Below are positions 38,463-51,774 of a DNA stretch of 64,000 bases, piece by piece; the stretch's first letter is position 1; every line of letters starts with the position of its first letter. The position numbers and the translations under genes are program-made. The notes beneath the pieces are model-generated. The model saw nothing but the letters and a program-made list of their open reading frames with translations. It was not told where the DNA came from and made no database searches. Source of the stretch: Marsupella aquatica (lineage: Eukaryota; Plantae; Marchantiophyta); the NCBI GenBank assembly GCA_973895155.1, contig OZ316894.1:11401892-11465891 (forward strand). The letters run 5' to 3'.

Positions 38463-41400
38463 CTATTGTTTCCAGGGATCTGATTCCGTCCTGACCTCTG
38501 AAGGCTCTACTACTTCTGTCTCACCGTCTGCTGGCGGGTTTGCTTCCACTACCTCTTCTGCAGGATCTTCCTTGTGAGATATCACAGCTTCCTTATTTCC
38601 TGCCAGCGCCATTGCCATCATTTCATACACTCTTCCTCCAAATTCAGCTGGGTTCTCAGGCTGTCACAGTCAAGATGATGTGATAGTCAGCAATAAGGGT
38701 ACAGCGTGCACTCCAGACATCAATTCGTTCAAGCAGATGAGGATGCACCATAACAAAGAGAGTTACAGATCAACGACTGGTCCCAGAACACTTACAGTGA
38801 AGCCACTAGAGAGCTGAGCTGTTTCATAAAGAAGTTCAACTAGCTGCTGAGCCTTGGAACTCCGAGGCGTTTCCTTGCAAGCAAACTGTACAAAACGAAC
38901 CGCATGGTACATATTAATCGAATAGCAACAGTACAAGGAATATATCTTCAGGGAGGACAGAGGCTGATTCATGTGGGTTGCAGATCCTCGATTGTACAAT
39001 TGCCTGCATTACTAATCCTTGCTTTGAAGATCACAATCTACTTCACAGTTCTAAATTATTCTCGTACACCAGAATTTCAGCGGGGCTACTTACATTCAAA
39101 TCCATGATAATAGGATGATCGGGATTAATTTCGAGCACCCTCCTGCCACGCATAAACTCTAATTGGGTATTGTCTCCCAGAGTTTGGGCTTTCATGATCC
39201 TGAATCACCGACGACATCGACTTCCAGTTAGTACCCGCCAAGAAAGTATTGATCTATATAACGCCTACAATATCACTGACAGACACAAAGATCATCGAGA
39301 AGAACTTCTTGGGCAGCTTACCTTTCCATGTTCGCAGACCAGCCAAACTTGCCGGATACAAGGACGCAGGGGGAAGAGCTGATTCGATTGGAAACCTTTA
39401 CTTTAGCGACTTTCTCTCCCAGGAATCCCTTCATCCAGTCACACAACAATCGATATTCGGCCTCCTGTTCTTTTTCTTTGTCCTTATCTTCAGTATCTGC
39501 ACAGCATTGTTCACCATAGAACCGATCGTTAATTCCCAGCCTCAACATCCTTCCGATATCGCTGTCGTCAACTCAAAAGCCAACAAGAAACAACGCCCGT
39601 ACCAAAGGCATGGGAATACACTTAGCACGGTGAGTGTTGGACCAAGCTATTACCGAGGTCAAGATCTTCTTTGCTGACATCAACAAACTTCTTGTCCTTA
39701 TACGAGGCCAAGTTGGTCACTGCAACTTCATCAATGGGATCAACCAAAAATAACACCTGCGTGAACCATAAGAAATATTACTTGCCAGAACTCTTGCCGG
39801 AGAGGTCTGAACAAAACCAGACAACCACCCGCAGTTCCAAAACTAGCTAAACAAAGCTTCATTGGGTGTTTAACAAAAATGCCAGTGAACTTCGACGTTC
39901 AGGATGTCAAACAACAACAAGAAGTACCTCCAGATCCCTCTTTGACAATTCTTCCAGGAAAGGGGCGCTTTTGGCACTTTTGACAGTGTCTGCAGCGAGA
40001 TAATAGATAGACGTCTGCGTCTCTTTCATCCTTTCCACATAGGAATCCAAGGTGCACAAATCATCTTCATCGGTTTTAGAAGAGAAAAAGCGCAGAAGGG
40101 GACCAAGCTTCTTGTGATTAGCTGTATCCTCAATGCAGCCCAGCTTTATGTTCTTCCCGAAGTTGGTCCAGAAGAGTTTGTAATCCTGTTTCAGATCAAA
40201 GCAGACAATGGTTATATATTGGACGATTTAGGCAAATGAACAGGCTCTTGAGATATAACGTATAAGTCCTGGACCTCACGGGTTTAATACTTACCTTCTT
40301 GTCTTCACGGTTTGCAATCTCCTCAATCATGTCAAAGGTCTTCCTGACCAGACGCTTCTTCATGATACGAACCTGAGACACATTCCAAGATTGTCAGGGT
40401 CCATGGCAAACAGTCAGCATTTGCACGGTACAAGAAATGAACTATACTTCTGTCATAGTACACTCTCCTGGTAAACACAGTATGCATGTCAACTCGAAAG
40501 CAGCGCAAAATTGACCAGACTTACAATGCGACTCTCCTGAAGGATCTCCCGGGAGACATTCAGTGGAAGATCATTCGAATCAACCACTCCTTTCACAAAC
40601 CCTAAATATCGAGGGAACTGGAGTGACGCACAATTAAGTAATTAGTTCAAGGTTATAAAAACCAGATTCATTTCTAGTACTACCGGGACACAATTCTAGT
40701 TATATACGTGCAGCTCGGACGCAGGGCATAATTGGGTGTGTTGCAGATCTGTAATTTGAACACATTCTCAATAGCACTTTTGGGTACATCCTTTACATTA
40801 CAGGATATAGGCCTTCCAGTGAAACGGTTGCCTAGAAAAAGGCTATGAGTCCCAACTACTACAGATCAAAGCAACCAGGGTGGATCTAGATACAGGTAAA
40901 AAATCTAGTTGCGCAGAAAGAGGACAAAAACTCTGAAAGTAAAACATGAAACAAAGGGGCCGTTATCCTCACCAGCTCCCCATCAAACTCGTCAGAGATG
41001 AACACTCTCTTCACATAAAGTTTAATGTTCTTTGACTTTTGACTCAAAATGTCATCAGTATTGAAAGGAGCCATCCCTGGAATATAAAGAAGACTTTTGA
41101 ACTCAATCTCCCCCTGTCAAAAAACACCCAACGTCAGTTTTCAGGGGCATGTATGAACTAGACAACGCAAAGAAGAGACATCATAATAACTCGTAAATGA
41201 CAAGTATATCAAATCCATCGGAATAAAAATCCCTGCTGTCCCTACAAATGCCAGCGCTAGCTGGATTTTGTTGGTTGCAAGCATTTCTTTACATTATTAG
41301 TATACCTCAGTACTGAAGTGAGTATAGCCCATTGGATCCATGAAATCCCCAAATGTGCTCTTGAAGAACCCGTTGTAGTCGGCCTTGTTGACATCCTTCG

Positions 41401-44400
41401 GTGTCCTCAACTGTTCAAATACGTCAACGAAAGTTAGGTCGTTGCCTAAAAGATTCTCAAATAGTACAATCAGTGAGTACCTGAACAGTCAACTGACTTA
41501 CCCAAAGGGGTTTTGTCTCATTTGTCAGCTCCCAATCCCAGTATTTCTCTGTGACTTTCTTCGTCTTCTTCTGCAGAGGCCATACCATTCTTTCGTAAGA
41601 CTTCCCAAGGAGAAGCAGAACAATATGGCAATCATATTATGAACAAAAAGTACGATCATATGCGGATTTCAAATTGCATGCTTGGAGGGCGTTCATTCAG
41701 ACTCTACCTCAGAAGCTTCAGTGGAGTCACCTTCAGCAGGCGCTGATTCTTCATCTTCGACCTATCCGAGCAAGCAAGCATTTACAAAACTAAGTAGAAG
41801 CCCACGGAGGATACAGAGAGCACAGCACAATATGGCACCCCTCTCCTGATCTACACTAAAACGGCAGGGACAGATTGGATATAAATTCACTATCATCAAC
41901 AAATGTGCAGAGGATTCGGCTCAAGACATACCTCTTTTGTCCTTGACTTTTCTTGGTAGGTGTAGATTGGGAATGAAATAAACTGAGAGTAATTTTTCAC
42001 TAGATTTTGAATTCTCGCTGGGTCCGTATACTCATCCTTAGCATCAGCCTGCAGCGAAGGAAGTTTCATCACGCATGAGAACGATTCACAAGCCTCCCGA
42101 ACCCTCCGCTAGGTCTTCAAGAGGCTGGTAAAGTTTGACATATTAGACAAATAATCGCAAGATCTGAGGGAATAGATCAGTGGCCGATACCCACGACAGA
42201 AACTTGTGCAACTTGCATTTACCAACATAACGAATTCCATGATGAAGTCGAAAACTAGAGGCCATCTGCCCTACTTTCGCCTGACTTCAATCATGATGAT
42301 AACTAGAAACTGGGAACCAAAACTACAACATAAGAAGGTCAAATAAAGACCTTCAGGTAAAGGGTGATTGCGGTGCCTCTTGGGAGGATCTTCTCAGGAT
42401 CTGTTTCCTCACGAATGGTGTAGACACTAGTGTCAGCTTCTCCTTCCCAAATAAGTTGTTGATTGGATTTCGCACTCTTAGTTGAAACAGAGACCTGGAC
42501 AATGAGCAATGGTTAGGAATGGATTATGTTTTGAACCAATAGTAACAAACATCAACTTACATTTCATGAACTCAGTCGTCAAGTTCACTACAAACAATCT
42601 GAGTTAAAACTACAAAAGCTCGAATTTGAATATAATTAGACAAAGCTGTCCTCGGTCTTTCTAGACAAAAGAATAGATTTGCTTCTTGTTTAAGCATTCC
42701 TCTCCGCCTGCACTTGTTCGCTAGTACAGAACAGTGAAACTAGCACCAACCTTGTCTGACACCAAAAAGGCAGAGTAGAATCCGACACCAAATTGCCCGA
42801 TCAAGTTGTTGTCAGAATTTGCATTGTCCTTATTCTCCTGCACCAATCAAGATGCCGGGTAATGTGATTGGTATTTGAAGAGACACATAAGCACGAATAT
42901 CCATTTCTCAAGTCCACGAAGAACATCAAAATGCCAATCGGTTCACTGTTCTCCACCTTTCAGACGAACTTACATGGAAAATCAACTTCACTTTAGCCCA
43001 ATAAGGTACTACTCAAGCGTGGGCAGTGCAGACCACATTCAATTTCGAGGCTTCACAAGTCCTCGTATTTCTTTAAAAATATTAAATTCTGTGGCAAGGA
43101 TTAGAACCAGTGACAGTAAAGAGCCCACTGCATTGGTGGTGCATCATAAGAGGGTCTGCTGAGAAGTACTACCTTCAAAGCCTTCAAGAATTTGGCTGTA
43201 CCACTCTCTGCAATTGTTCCTAGGCTCCGCACAAGCTCGTCTCTGGTCATACCCACTCCAGAATCGCTGCATATAGAAAGCCAAGAGAAGTCAACGAGAA
43301 ATATTGCTAAAACACCTCAAGTATCTAAACAGTTGCAATAATCGTCGTTCACCGAACACCAACATCACAGACATCTAACAAAGGAGTACTGCTAGAGCTA
43401 AGAACCACTCACGTAATGGTGATAGTGCCGTTCTCGGGATCGGTTTGGAGTCGAATCTCCAAATTAGGATTTGCCTCCAGCAATTCTGGTTCTGTTACAC
43501 TGAGAAATCGCAGCTTGTCCAGAGCATCACTCGCATTACTGCAATAACAGAATTTTCAAATCAATAACAATGGACAGTAGACTGGAGTGGGACAACGGGA
43601 GACCCTTACAAAAAGATATTCTGAATCCGCAACACACGTTGGGAGGCCATCTGTTTCAGACAATATTTCCCTCACTCTTAAAAATGAGAAATTTTCAAAC
43701 ATCCGAACCAGGCAAAACTAAGATGAAAATTCATGATCGAAAATTCATGATACACTTCCTCGATCGCAAGAACTGAGAATGTACTAGCGTACCTGACGAG
43801 CTCACGGAGAAAAACTTCCTTATTGCTGTAAAGACTGTGAACTATCAGATCCAAGAGCCGCGTCACCTACACGAATGCCGATAGAGTTAATAGACGATAG
43901 CAAATTACTCTTAGGCGGACAAGGTCGACAAAACACGACAGATCAGCAGCTCACCCGTGGGACATTAAATGTCTAGGGAAGGACTAAACAAATTTACACC
44001 CGCGTTACACATTTAGATAACTCGACATTACAAATACAAGAACGCGGCCAGCTGAGTGTAGTACTTAAGGAGCCCCGGGAAATTACTATGCATTACCTCA
44101 GCCTGGTACTCAAACTTCTCAACAGGTGCCGTTTCCTTCTCGGCAACAGTCGCCTCGCATCTCACAGTCGACACACTAGGCGAAGACCTGTTCAAGAGGC
44201 TGGTCCTCTGTCTTCCAGCGAAAAGGGAGTCTAACCCTGCCTTAGTCCCGGTAATGGACCTTCCCGCAGTGTACAAGGAACGCTTCGTAGATAAACCCCG
44301 AAGGCCGGATGCCTGGTTCAGAGGAGCGCTAGCTCTCACGCCAACCGACGGTGCGGAGCGCTGGAGAACACAATCCACCACAAGGAATTTGTTTAACATT

Positions 44401-45095
44401 AAGAATACAATACGGACGACACCGACTTTGAGCTACTGGTCATGCTTCTCACCGGGAATCTCTGTCCGCATAAGCTCAAATTGTAGAACCATTCCCTTCC
44501 AGTCAGTTCGTCTTCATGGCGAAGAATTCATCGTAAATGTGTCAGTGTAGGAGAACAAAACTCAAACTTTACAGGGTGGCTTCGCAGAGGAAACAATCTG
44601 AGATGCTAAACCCAGAAATTGACGTGGACCGTCAGTCCATCCAAAGCACCGAACTAACTTCAAAACCCTCCGCCGCAGGGTTCATGAATTCCCACTCAAA
44701 CGATGATGCGGTTCACTCCACATCAGCAAAGCGCTAAACCCTTGGGCCTAGGGGGCAAACGAGGAAACCGAGGCCGAACTGTAAAACCCTTAAGACCTAA
44801 CTGAAAGATTTCTTCCCCGCAGCTGGATTCATAAAATGTCAAGAAACCCGGCAGCAAGAGCCGAAAACTCAACTCCACGACCAAAGGAAAAACTCTCCCG
44901 AGCTTCAGAGGCAGCGAACCCAACCTCACAAGCATCTGCACAGGAGATCGGAAACTTTCCGATAAAGCAGAGCGCATTCACAATCATGATCCCAAAGCCG
45001 CACGACCATACCTTCTCAGAGAAATCCCGGGACGTCACATGGGAAGCCCCTGCGAGGGCACGGGCGCCAACGACGACGGGAGAAGCGATCGCCAT
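38463..45095 (-). CDS. HSP90-5: Plastid-type heat shock protein 90 (HSP90C / HSP90-5-like), multi-exon
   Basis: Exon 1 (45095-45012) [16 protein letters not shown]... and exon 2 ...[19 protein letters not shown] form a transit-peptide-like N-terminus. Then [78 protein letters not shown]. The C-terminal DPWKQ* is typical of plastid HSP90. Confidence 0.93.
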
Positions 45096-45355
45096 GGAGC
45101 GCAGCGAGAAAACAATTCTCCTCGACCCGGCGAGCAGCATGTACCTCGGCTCTCTGAGACGCTCGACCAACAACGATCTCCACACCAAAACCTCTCTCCC
45201 TTTCTACTCCTCGTCTTCGTCTGCGCGATTTCTTCTGGTACTAATAACACTCTCTTTTGCCAGCAGGAGCTACGGCAGCGACAGCACGGGCAATGCCTTA
45301 TCCGAATCGGATTCACGGATAGCACGCCGCACCGACGAGAGGACCGCGACAACCA

Positions 45356-45368
45356 GAGAGTTCTAGAA
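45356..45368. promoter_or_regulatory. Candidate heat-shock element upstream of HSP90
   Basis: GAGagTTCtaGAA is a near-perfect three-unit nGAAn inverted array, about 265 bp upstream of the HSP90 start codon. Confidence 0.5.
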
Positions 45369-45481
45369 TGGAGCCGCAATTGATCGAAAGGCAGAGAGAC
45401 ACATCGATGTCGAGAGGCAGAGGAAGACAGAGAGGGCAGGGAAGGGAAGGGAAGGGAAGGGAAGGGAACGGAAGAAGGCAC

Positions 45482-46360
45482 AGAGGTCGGCTGCTGCAAA
45501 AGCGAAGGAAGGTACTAGAAAGGTTGGACGGGAAGACGGGGGCCAAACAGGGGGCGAAATAAGGGGTTTCCTTGATAACTCCTGATGAATCCTTGGTTAG
45601 GGTTTTAGGGGTTTTGACTTCTGACGTGCTGTAATGTAAGAGGGGGGGGGGGGGGGGGGGGCCTGTTGTCTCAAACCTCAAATTGGATGGAGAGAAGGGA
45701 GAGGTAGGCCTGGGCAGCAAAGGAAGGTATAGGGTAATGCAGGTCTGGGCAGAGGTTACTAGGTTGTAACCCTGCATCCGGAATATGAAAAGAAACTGGC
45801 CGGCGGCAGCCGGGAAACTTCTTTGAATATTCCGGGAGCAGGTTACACCCTATAACCCCAGCCCTGCCCTGCCCTGCATTAGCATACCTAACTCTTGCCC
45901 GGAAAGAGGTTACCGGCTCAACTTTTCAGGACACCAGATTATGACTATAGCAGGCCCCTGTAGAAATGGTTACACACCGGTAACCTCTTCTCCTAACAGG
46001 ATTTACATACTATGAAAGTTGGACAAGAAGACACGGTCAAACAAGGGACAAAATATGGGGTTTCCTTGATAACCGGGGATGAATCTTTTGTGCGGTTCTG
46101 ACGTGTTGTCCTACAGAGGGCTTTTCAATAGAGCATACACTAGGGGTCTCAAACTTCAAAATTTGATGGAGGGAAGGGAGAGGTCGGCTGCCAAAGCGGA
46201 GGAAGGTACTAGACAGGTTGGACGAGAAGATGGGGCAGACAGGGGAGGAAATACGGGGTTTCCTTGATAACTGGTGATGAATCCTTTGTTAGGGTTTTAG
46301 GGGTTCTGACTTCTGACATGCTGTCCTATAGGGGGCTTTCCAATCAAGCATACACTTGAC
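45482..46360. repeat. About 220-bp module in three tandem copies, the second interrupted by a foldback insertion
   Basis: Recurring blocks GAGAGGTCGGCTG, GGAAGGTA, GGGGTTTCCTTGATAAC, GATGAATC, TTCTGAC and GTCTCAAAC, with copies starting about 45482, 45700 and 46180. Confidence 0.85.
45730..46012. mobile_element. Foldback/MITE-like insertion with two internal inverted repeats
   Basis: Splits the module between GGAAGGTA and the AAAGTTGGAC block. Arms 45725-45795 and about 45815-45889 are imperfect reverse complements. AAGAGGTTACCGG (about 45904) pairs perfectly with CCGGTAACCTCTT (about 45977). Confidence 0.6.
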
Positions 46361-46459
46361 TTTCTGTCCTATAGGGGCTTTTTGCTTTGGCAGCCGAAAG
46401 CAGGCCCATTCAACAGAGGATAAGCATCCTGCTCCGGAGGCTGCAATTGTATGTAGGGT

Positions 46460-46724
46460 AGCCACAAGTGAACAATACCTAGGGATCTAATAGGGACCCA
46501 GACCAGAAGGGAGAGAGAGTTAAACCATGGCCCCAAAGTCAGCCAGCCGAGGGCCAGGGAGAAGCCCTCTATAGGACACTAGAACCCCTAATTTGCCACA
46601 AGTGAACAATACCTAGGGATCCAATAGGGACCCAGACCAGGAGGAGGGAGTTACACCATGGCCCCAAAGCCAGCCAGCCAGGGGCCAGGGAGAAGCCCTC
46701 TATAGGACACCAGAACCCCTAATT
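46460..46724. repeat. About 134-bp tandem duplication
   Basis: GCCACAAGTGAACAATACCTAGGGATC...CTCTATAGGACACyAGAACCCCTAATT occurs twice. Confidence 0.92.
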
Positions 46725-46730
46725 CCCTGA

Positions 46731-49700
46731 TGTCAGATGCCGAATTAGGTAGTAGTGTTTAACTAGAGTTAAAACTAGAGTAACTACAGTTAGAAGTAAC
46801 CGTAGTTAGAGGTAGAGTAAGGTTAAGCGGAGGAAGCGAATGCATAGTAAATGGTAGAAAGTCAAGACAACTTAGCATGGAGTGTCAAGCTGACTTAGGT
46901 GCGATTAAGTTAGGTTAACATTTATTAGGTTAGCATTAGTAGTTGTAGTACTTTGCATACAATTGAACGGACGGCCTACTTAGCGGAATTTTAGAAAAGT
47001 CTTAGGATAGAATTAGATCTGGAAATTCAGCAAGTATGTAGTCTTAGGTTCAAGGAACACACCGGAAAGTTTTCAAGTAAAACTGAGGTTGGGGCACGAT
47101 ACTGGAGAATTATGAAATAGGGGTTTCATTATAAGTACACTTAAACGGGATGCCGTCTAAAGTAAATTACGGGTTCTTAGTACAAGGTAAGCAGTGTTAT
47201 AGGAGTTTGCTGAGAAGGCCAGGTGTCATCATGGGAGTCCTTCTCATAGGGACACAAAGTCCAGGAACAATTTACGTTACGGCCAAGAGAGGTGCAGCAG
47301 AATTTCAGCAGCAATTCAACAATGGCAGCTCGGTGCATTGAAGAGAATTCAAATCCTTCCATAAGGACAACCGGGTTGACTCTGAAAAAACAGAGGAACA
47401 CAGGATTGCTTGAAGGTAAGGCATGAGGAGATAAGGAATTGAATCTCACTGGCAAGGGAAAACTCTGTGGTGCTGGAAGGAGCTCTTGAGATAAGGAAAT
47501 CTCATTACTCGGAAAATCTTGTTGTGGCAATAGAGATTAGCCGGCATTTCAATTTCGTGCTGCTGAGTTGAACCGTTGCTGCTATTGAGTTCGATGTTGG
47601 TTGAGAATAATTATTGCTATTTGTAAAGAGAGACATGTTGCGTTGCTCGAACTCTGCTACATTGCTGAAACAAACTTGGGTCTGAAGCTCGGTCCAGCAT
47701 TGGACACTTGCTACTGCTATGAAAGCTTGCTACTACAGCCGGGTCCGTAATGAAGGGCAGAGATTGGTGTTGCCGTTTGAGAGGAAATACTGGGCTAAAG
47801 GGGAATCGTGTTGCGAGTCTAGAGAGGGAAGCTTGCTACTGATAAATCAAAAATGTCGTGCTGCTTCAAGCTTGTTGCTGAGAGCTTGCAGTTGCTGGGA
47901 GTAGTGCTGTTGCATAAGGAGAGCTGTTATTCAATTAGAGCTCCGTTGCAGGGAGAGCTTCGTGCTATGGAAGATGGAGCAATGCTGATGGGAGGAGTAT
48001 TGCTGCGCAGTTGGCTTCTATTCAATTAGAGCTTGTTGCTTAGAGCATGCTATTGATAGGCTATGGAGAGAGCTCACTACATTAGTTGCTGATCAATCCT
48101 TGAGATTGATGCTGCTACCCTGAAACTCGTGGTTGCCTGAAGTAGCTGCAGCAAAATCGAAAGCTTGAAAGTTGGCTAGTGACCGGGTAGAGCAGCTTCG
48201 TGATACTGAGCTATGGAGATTGAAGGTAGCTCACGAGGCTGGGAAGCTATGGTGAGAGTTGCATGTTGCTGAAAGACTGAGCTATGGAGGAAGGCCACTG
48301 TTGAAGAAGAAGAAAAAAGGAGAGTAAAGAAGAAAATGGGGAAGCAGCATCGCGATGCTTCGCGCTGCGGCAAGTTGTTTTGTGCTGCCTTGCGCAGCAT
48401 AGTGTAGCATAGCGCAGCAGCTTGGTGCTACAAAATGTTGATGGCGAGGAGGAGTTGGCGACCGATTTTGAACTCGCGACCGGTTTTGAACTTGCAACCG
48501 GTGTCTTGCTAAGTAGTTTGAATGAGCTACCAAGGGAGCTGTCCAAGCTCTTCGTTTAAAGAGTCCACACCAACTCTAATTGAACTTGGTACAACATCCG
48601 TTTCTAGGCCTTTGGGAGGACTTTGAGGTTAGTTCAAAGTCGGGTGAGGGACCAGGGAGGCTAGGGGAGAACCCCACGAGGTAGACCTGACTCCTGGGAT
48701 GACTCAGCAGTGGTTTTGAATTTGAATGGACTATGAAAAGTTTTTTTATGTGCCCTTAAAGTGGCCATTGTGTTAAGTAGTGGGGCTATTATGAAGCCCA
48801 ACACTTAGGGGATACAAATAAAATAAATAGCCAGGATTTCAGTGTTGCTGGTTAGATAGTTAGGCATTAGTATTGTGGTATACCAGCAGCTTGAGATACT
48901 TATGTTTCGCTGGTTATCACCCATTCACGCGGAAGTACTTTCTAGGTAAGATCTCCAAATTGAACAAGGGCTGATCTGTATTCCTGTGGTAGCCGAGACT
49001 CAGTGGCATAACCCGAGACTCAGTGGTAACCCGGAACTTAGGGGCGTTCCGACATTCAGTTGTGGGCCAAGCTAGAGCTTTCTTTCGTGAGTATGTTGTT
49101 TTAAATATAGTGTGTAAATTCTGGTGGTTGTAAGAGTTACCAAGGGGTACCCTGGCTACTCACATCACAAGGAGGTTCTGCTGCTATCGTTTCCTGTGTG
49201 ACAACCAGAGTCGGAGTTATGGTAGTTGAGTGACCTGCGGTTAAAGTAGAAACTTAACCCGGGTTAAGTTAGCAATCATCTAGTTACACTTGGGTTAACT
49301 TTTTCCAGTGACTACTAACCGGAGTTAGCACCCTGGGCCTGGTTTGGTTTGGGTTGGCTTTGGCTTGGAGCCCTAGGGTGTTGTGTGAGAGAATAAGAGG
49401 AGAAGTAAGGGGCTGCCTAGCCTCCTCACTTATTCATTCCTACCCTCTCTTGTAAGGCTGAAAGCTTGGAGGCCGAGGTTCTCATTTTCAGAGGGCAGCA
49501 GCATTGGTTTGAGGTACTTGGGAGGGTGGATAGTGAGCTAGTCCACTAGGTAGGCGGCAAGGAGAGAGTCAAGGAAGGTGTTGGGATCTGAACTTGTACT
49601 ATGCCTTGTAGTAAAGACTCGTGTTGAAGCCTCAGTCTTGAAACACTGTCTAGTGAGTATGTGAATCCAGTGAGTGTGTATGCCAACGTTGTTATGATTT

Positions 49701-50144
49701 GACACCAGAGGGGTGAAGCTTGAAGCCTGGGAGTGAGCTCAGACTCGATCACTTGCCTTGTTGCGATAGGAGGTGACGAACCTGAAGCTCTCGATGAAGG
49801 AAGCGGAGGGAACTCTAGGTATACTGACCATAGCGAGAGTCTGTGGGGACAGCTTGTGGGGTTACTTGTCGTGTTGAGATCGGGAGCGAGGTTGTGTGAG
49901 TGCTTCCTAGTGGGGAAGCAAGGGAGTGATAACCACCCTTCAAAGTTATCTTTCCAACGGTGGAAATAAAACTACCTAGTTGGGTGTGTGAGTGGAGAAG
50001 AAGGGAGTCAATCTAAGAGAAATAGACTTGTTGTCCTACTATTCGCCCGTCCTAGGAACCCGGACAACGATAAGAAGGGGCATAAGTGGTGAATTTAACT
50101 CTAAGGGAGAGTTAAGCCCCATTGCAAGGTGTTGACACCTGACA
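46731..50144. mobile_element. Large (3.4-kb) solo-LTR-like element, probably Ty3/gypsy
   Basis: Termini TGTCAGATGCCGA...GTTGACACCTGACA form an imperfect inverted repeat with TG..CA ends. Non-coding and rich in TTGCTG, and it interrupts the 220-bp module region. Flanks CCTGA/AGGAA give no TSD. Confidence 0.6.
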
Positions 50145-50360
50145 AGGAAGACGTCCCGTGTCTTCGTGTCCAACCTTTCTAGCACCTTCCTTTTCTTTTG
50201 TGGTTTATCTCTCCCTTGCCTCAAGTTTGAGATTTGAGACGGATTTTCCTTGATAACTGGTGATGAATCTTATGTCAGGGTTTTAGAGGTCAGGGCTTTC
50301 TGTCCTTTACAGAGCTTCAATCAAGTATATACTAGGGGATCTCAAAACTCAAAATTTGAT
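50145..50360. repeat. Inverted plus direct partial copies of the 220-bp HSP90-upstream module
   Basis: 50145-50240 is a diverged reverse complement of GTCTCAAA...GGAAGGT...AGGTTGGAC.GAAGA. 50241-50360 repeats TTTCCTTGATAACTGGTGATGAATC...CTCAAAATTTGAT in direct orientation. Confidence 0.8.
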
Positions 50361-51396
50361 TGACCCTAACTTGGGGGTTAGTAGTTAAGGTTACCACAAC
50401 TTGGAGGTTAGTACTTAAGGTTACCACAGTAAAAGCTATGTATTACCAAACTTTAAGATCCATCACTTTTTGCCATAAAGATTGGTCATATTCATAAGTC
50501 ACTGTAGAGGCTAGTGAAAAAATTATTTTTGAAAAAACTGTGGCCATAAATAGCCATCATCTGTAACTATGAAACTTTGAGACACCCTGTTGCCGTGCAA
50601 GCGGCATGGGAATGCCAGTGTGCAACTCTACTGAATGAAAGTGTAACTTTACTAAACAAAGGAGAACTAGTGGAAGTGCTATGGAAAGTAGCCTACTGCT
50701 TGTCCTTTGGATGGCCATGGTGTTTATTCTGAATTCATTGAGTGCACTTTGCTTTTTCAAAACCCTAACAAGGTTGTCTCTTGGGTGTTACATTTCCTTG
50801 AACACCCTCACCAGCCATTTTTTTGTGGGCAAAAAATTGTCAAAAACTTATCTAGAAAAGGGGCTGGCTAATGATACTCGGGCTAAATTCTGGGGAAAAT
50901 GGCAGCCAGTTGCCACACCAGGACTAAGGGCTGGCATCATTTGCCAGCAAGCTCTAGGCAAGATAAGGGTTGTTCACCTGCTGCTCATTACCATGTAATG
51001 TACATAGTTGCCGGTCTTTGACAATGAACTAGTGGAGTTTTCTCAAGAATGAGCTAGCGGAGCTGTTCAAGTCACCATTTGCCACCTGAGTGCACCATTC
51101 TCCACCTGAGTGCATTGTGAAACTTTGGGATTAGCCAGTGAACTTACGCTCAACTAGAGAATATTAGTCAATTGGTTGCAACCCAAATCATATGCAGTAG
51201 CCAACTTTCCTTACTCCATAGGCCAGTAGGGAGCTACCTTGGCTAATTTTTTCAATACAAAAAAATTGCTGACCGTCTCTATCAATGTTGGTGTCAAAAT
51301 CCTATACACCTACATCAATGTGCAATATTCACAAATGTCATGTAGATTATGAATGGCCAAATGGGTTTTCCTCAAATTTGTTACCCTCAAATGAAT

Positions 51397-51683
51397 CTCG
51401 GGGGGTTAACTAAGTGTATATTTTGGGGTACCACGTGCGATCCTAGCCTAATATAAATAGACCTATTTTATAAAGAAAATATTCCAAAAATATTTTCTAT
51501 TTTCAATATTAATAAACTATTTTACTTTATAAAGGGTATATATTAAAGAATATTCTATAAACATGAGTTTATAATACCTTCTTTTGCCTTCTACGCTTTT
51601 TAAAAATTTAGTTAAAATATGCCAAAAATACATATTTTGGATCGCACGTGGTTCCTAAGGTTTTTGATAGTCAACCCCCCGAG
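51397..51683. mobile_element. MITE (287 bp) with terminal inverted repeats and TSD
   Basis: TIRs CTCGGGGGGTTAACTA...ACCACGTGCGATCC and GGATCGCACGTGGT...TAGTCAACCCCCCGAG, flanked by AAATGAAT (51389-51396, 51684-51691). The interior is AT-rich. Confidence 0.88.
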
Positions 51684-51774
51684 AAATGAATCTTTAAATT
51701 AACACTTGCCAAAACATTGTTTGGTTGGAAATGAAAATTCATGGGTTCAACCACAACTAGTATCAAACATAGCA

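Noticed and set aside
44836-45366. 176-aa plus-strand ORF overlapping HSP90 exon 1
   Set aside because: Antisense shadow of a GC-rich first exon and UTR, with no domain.
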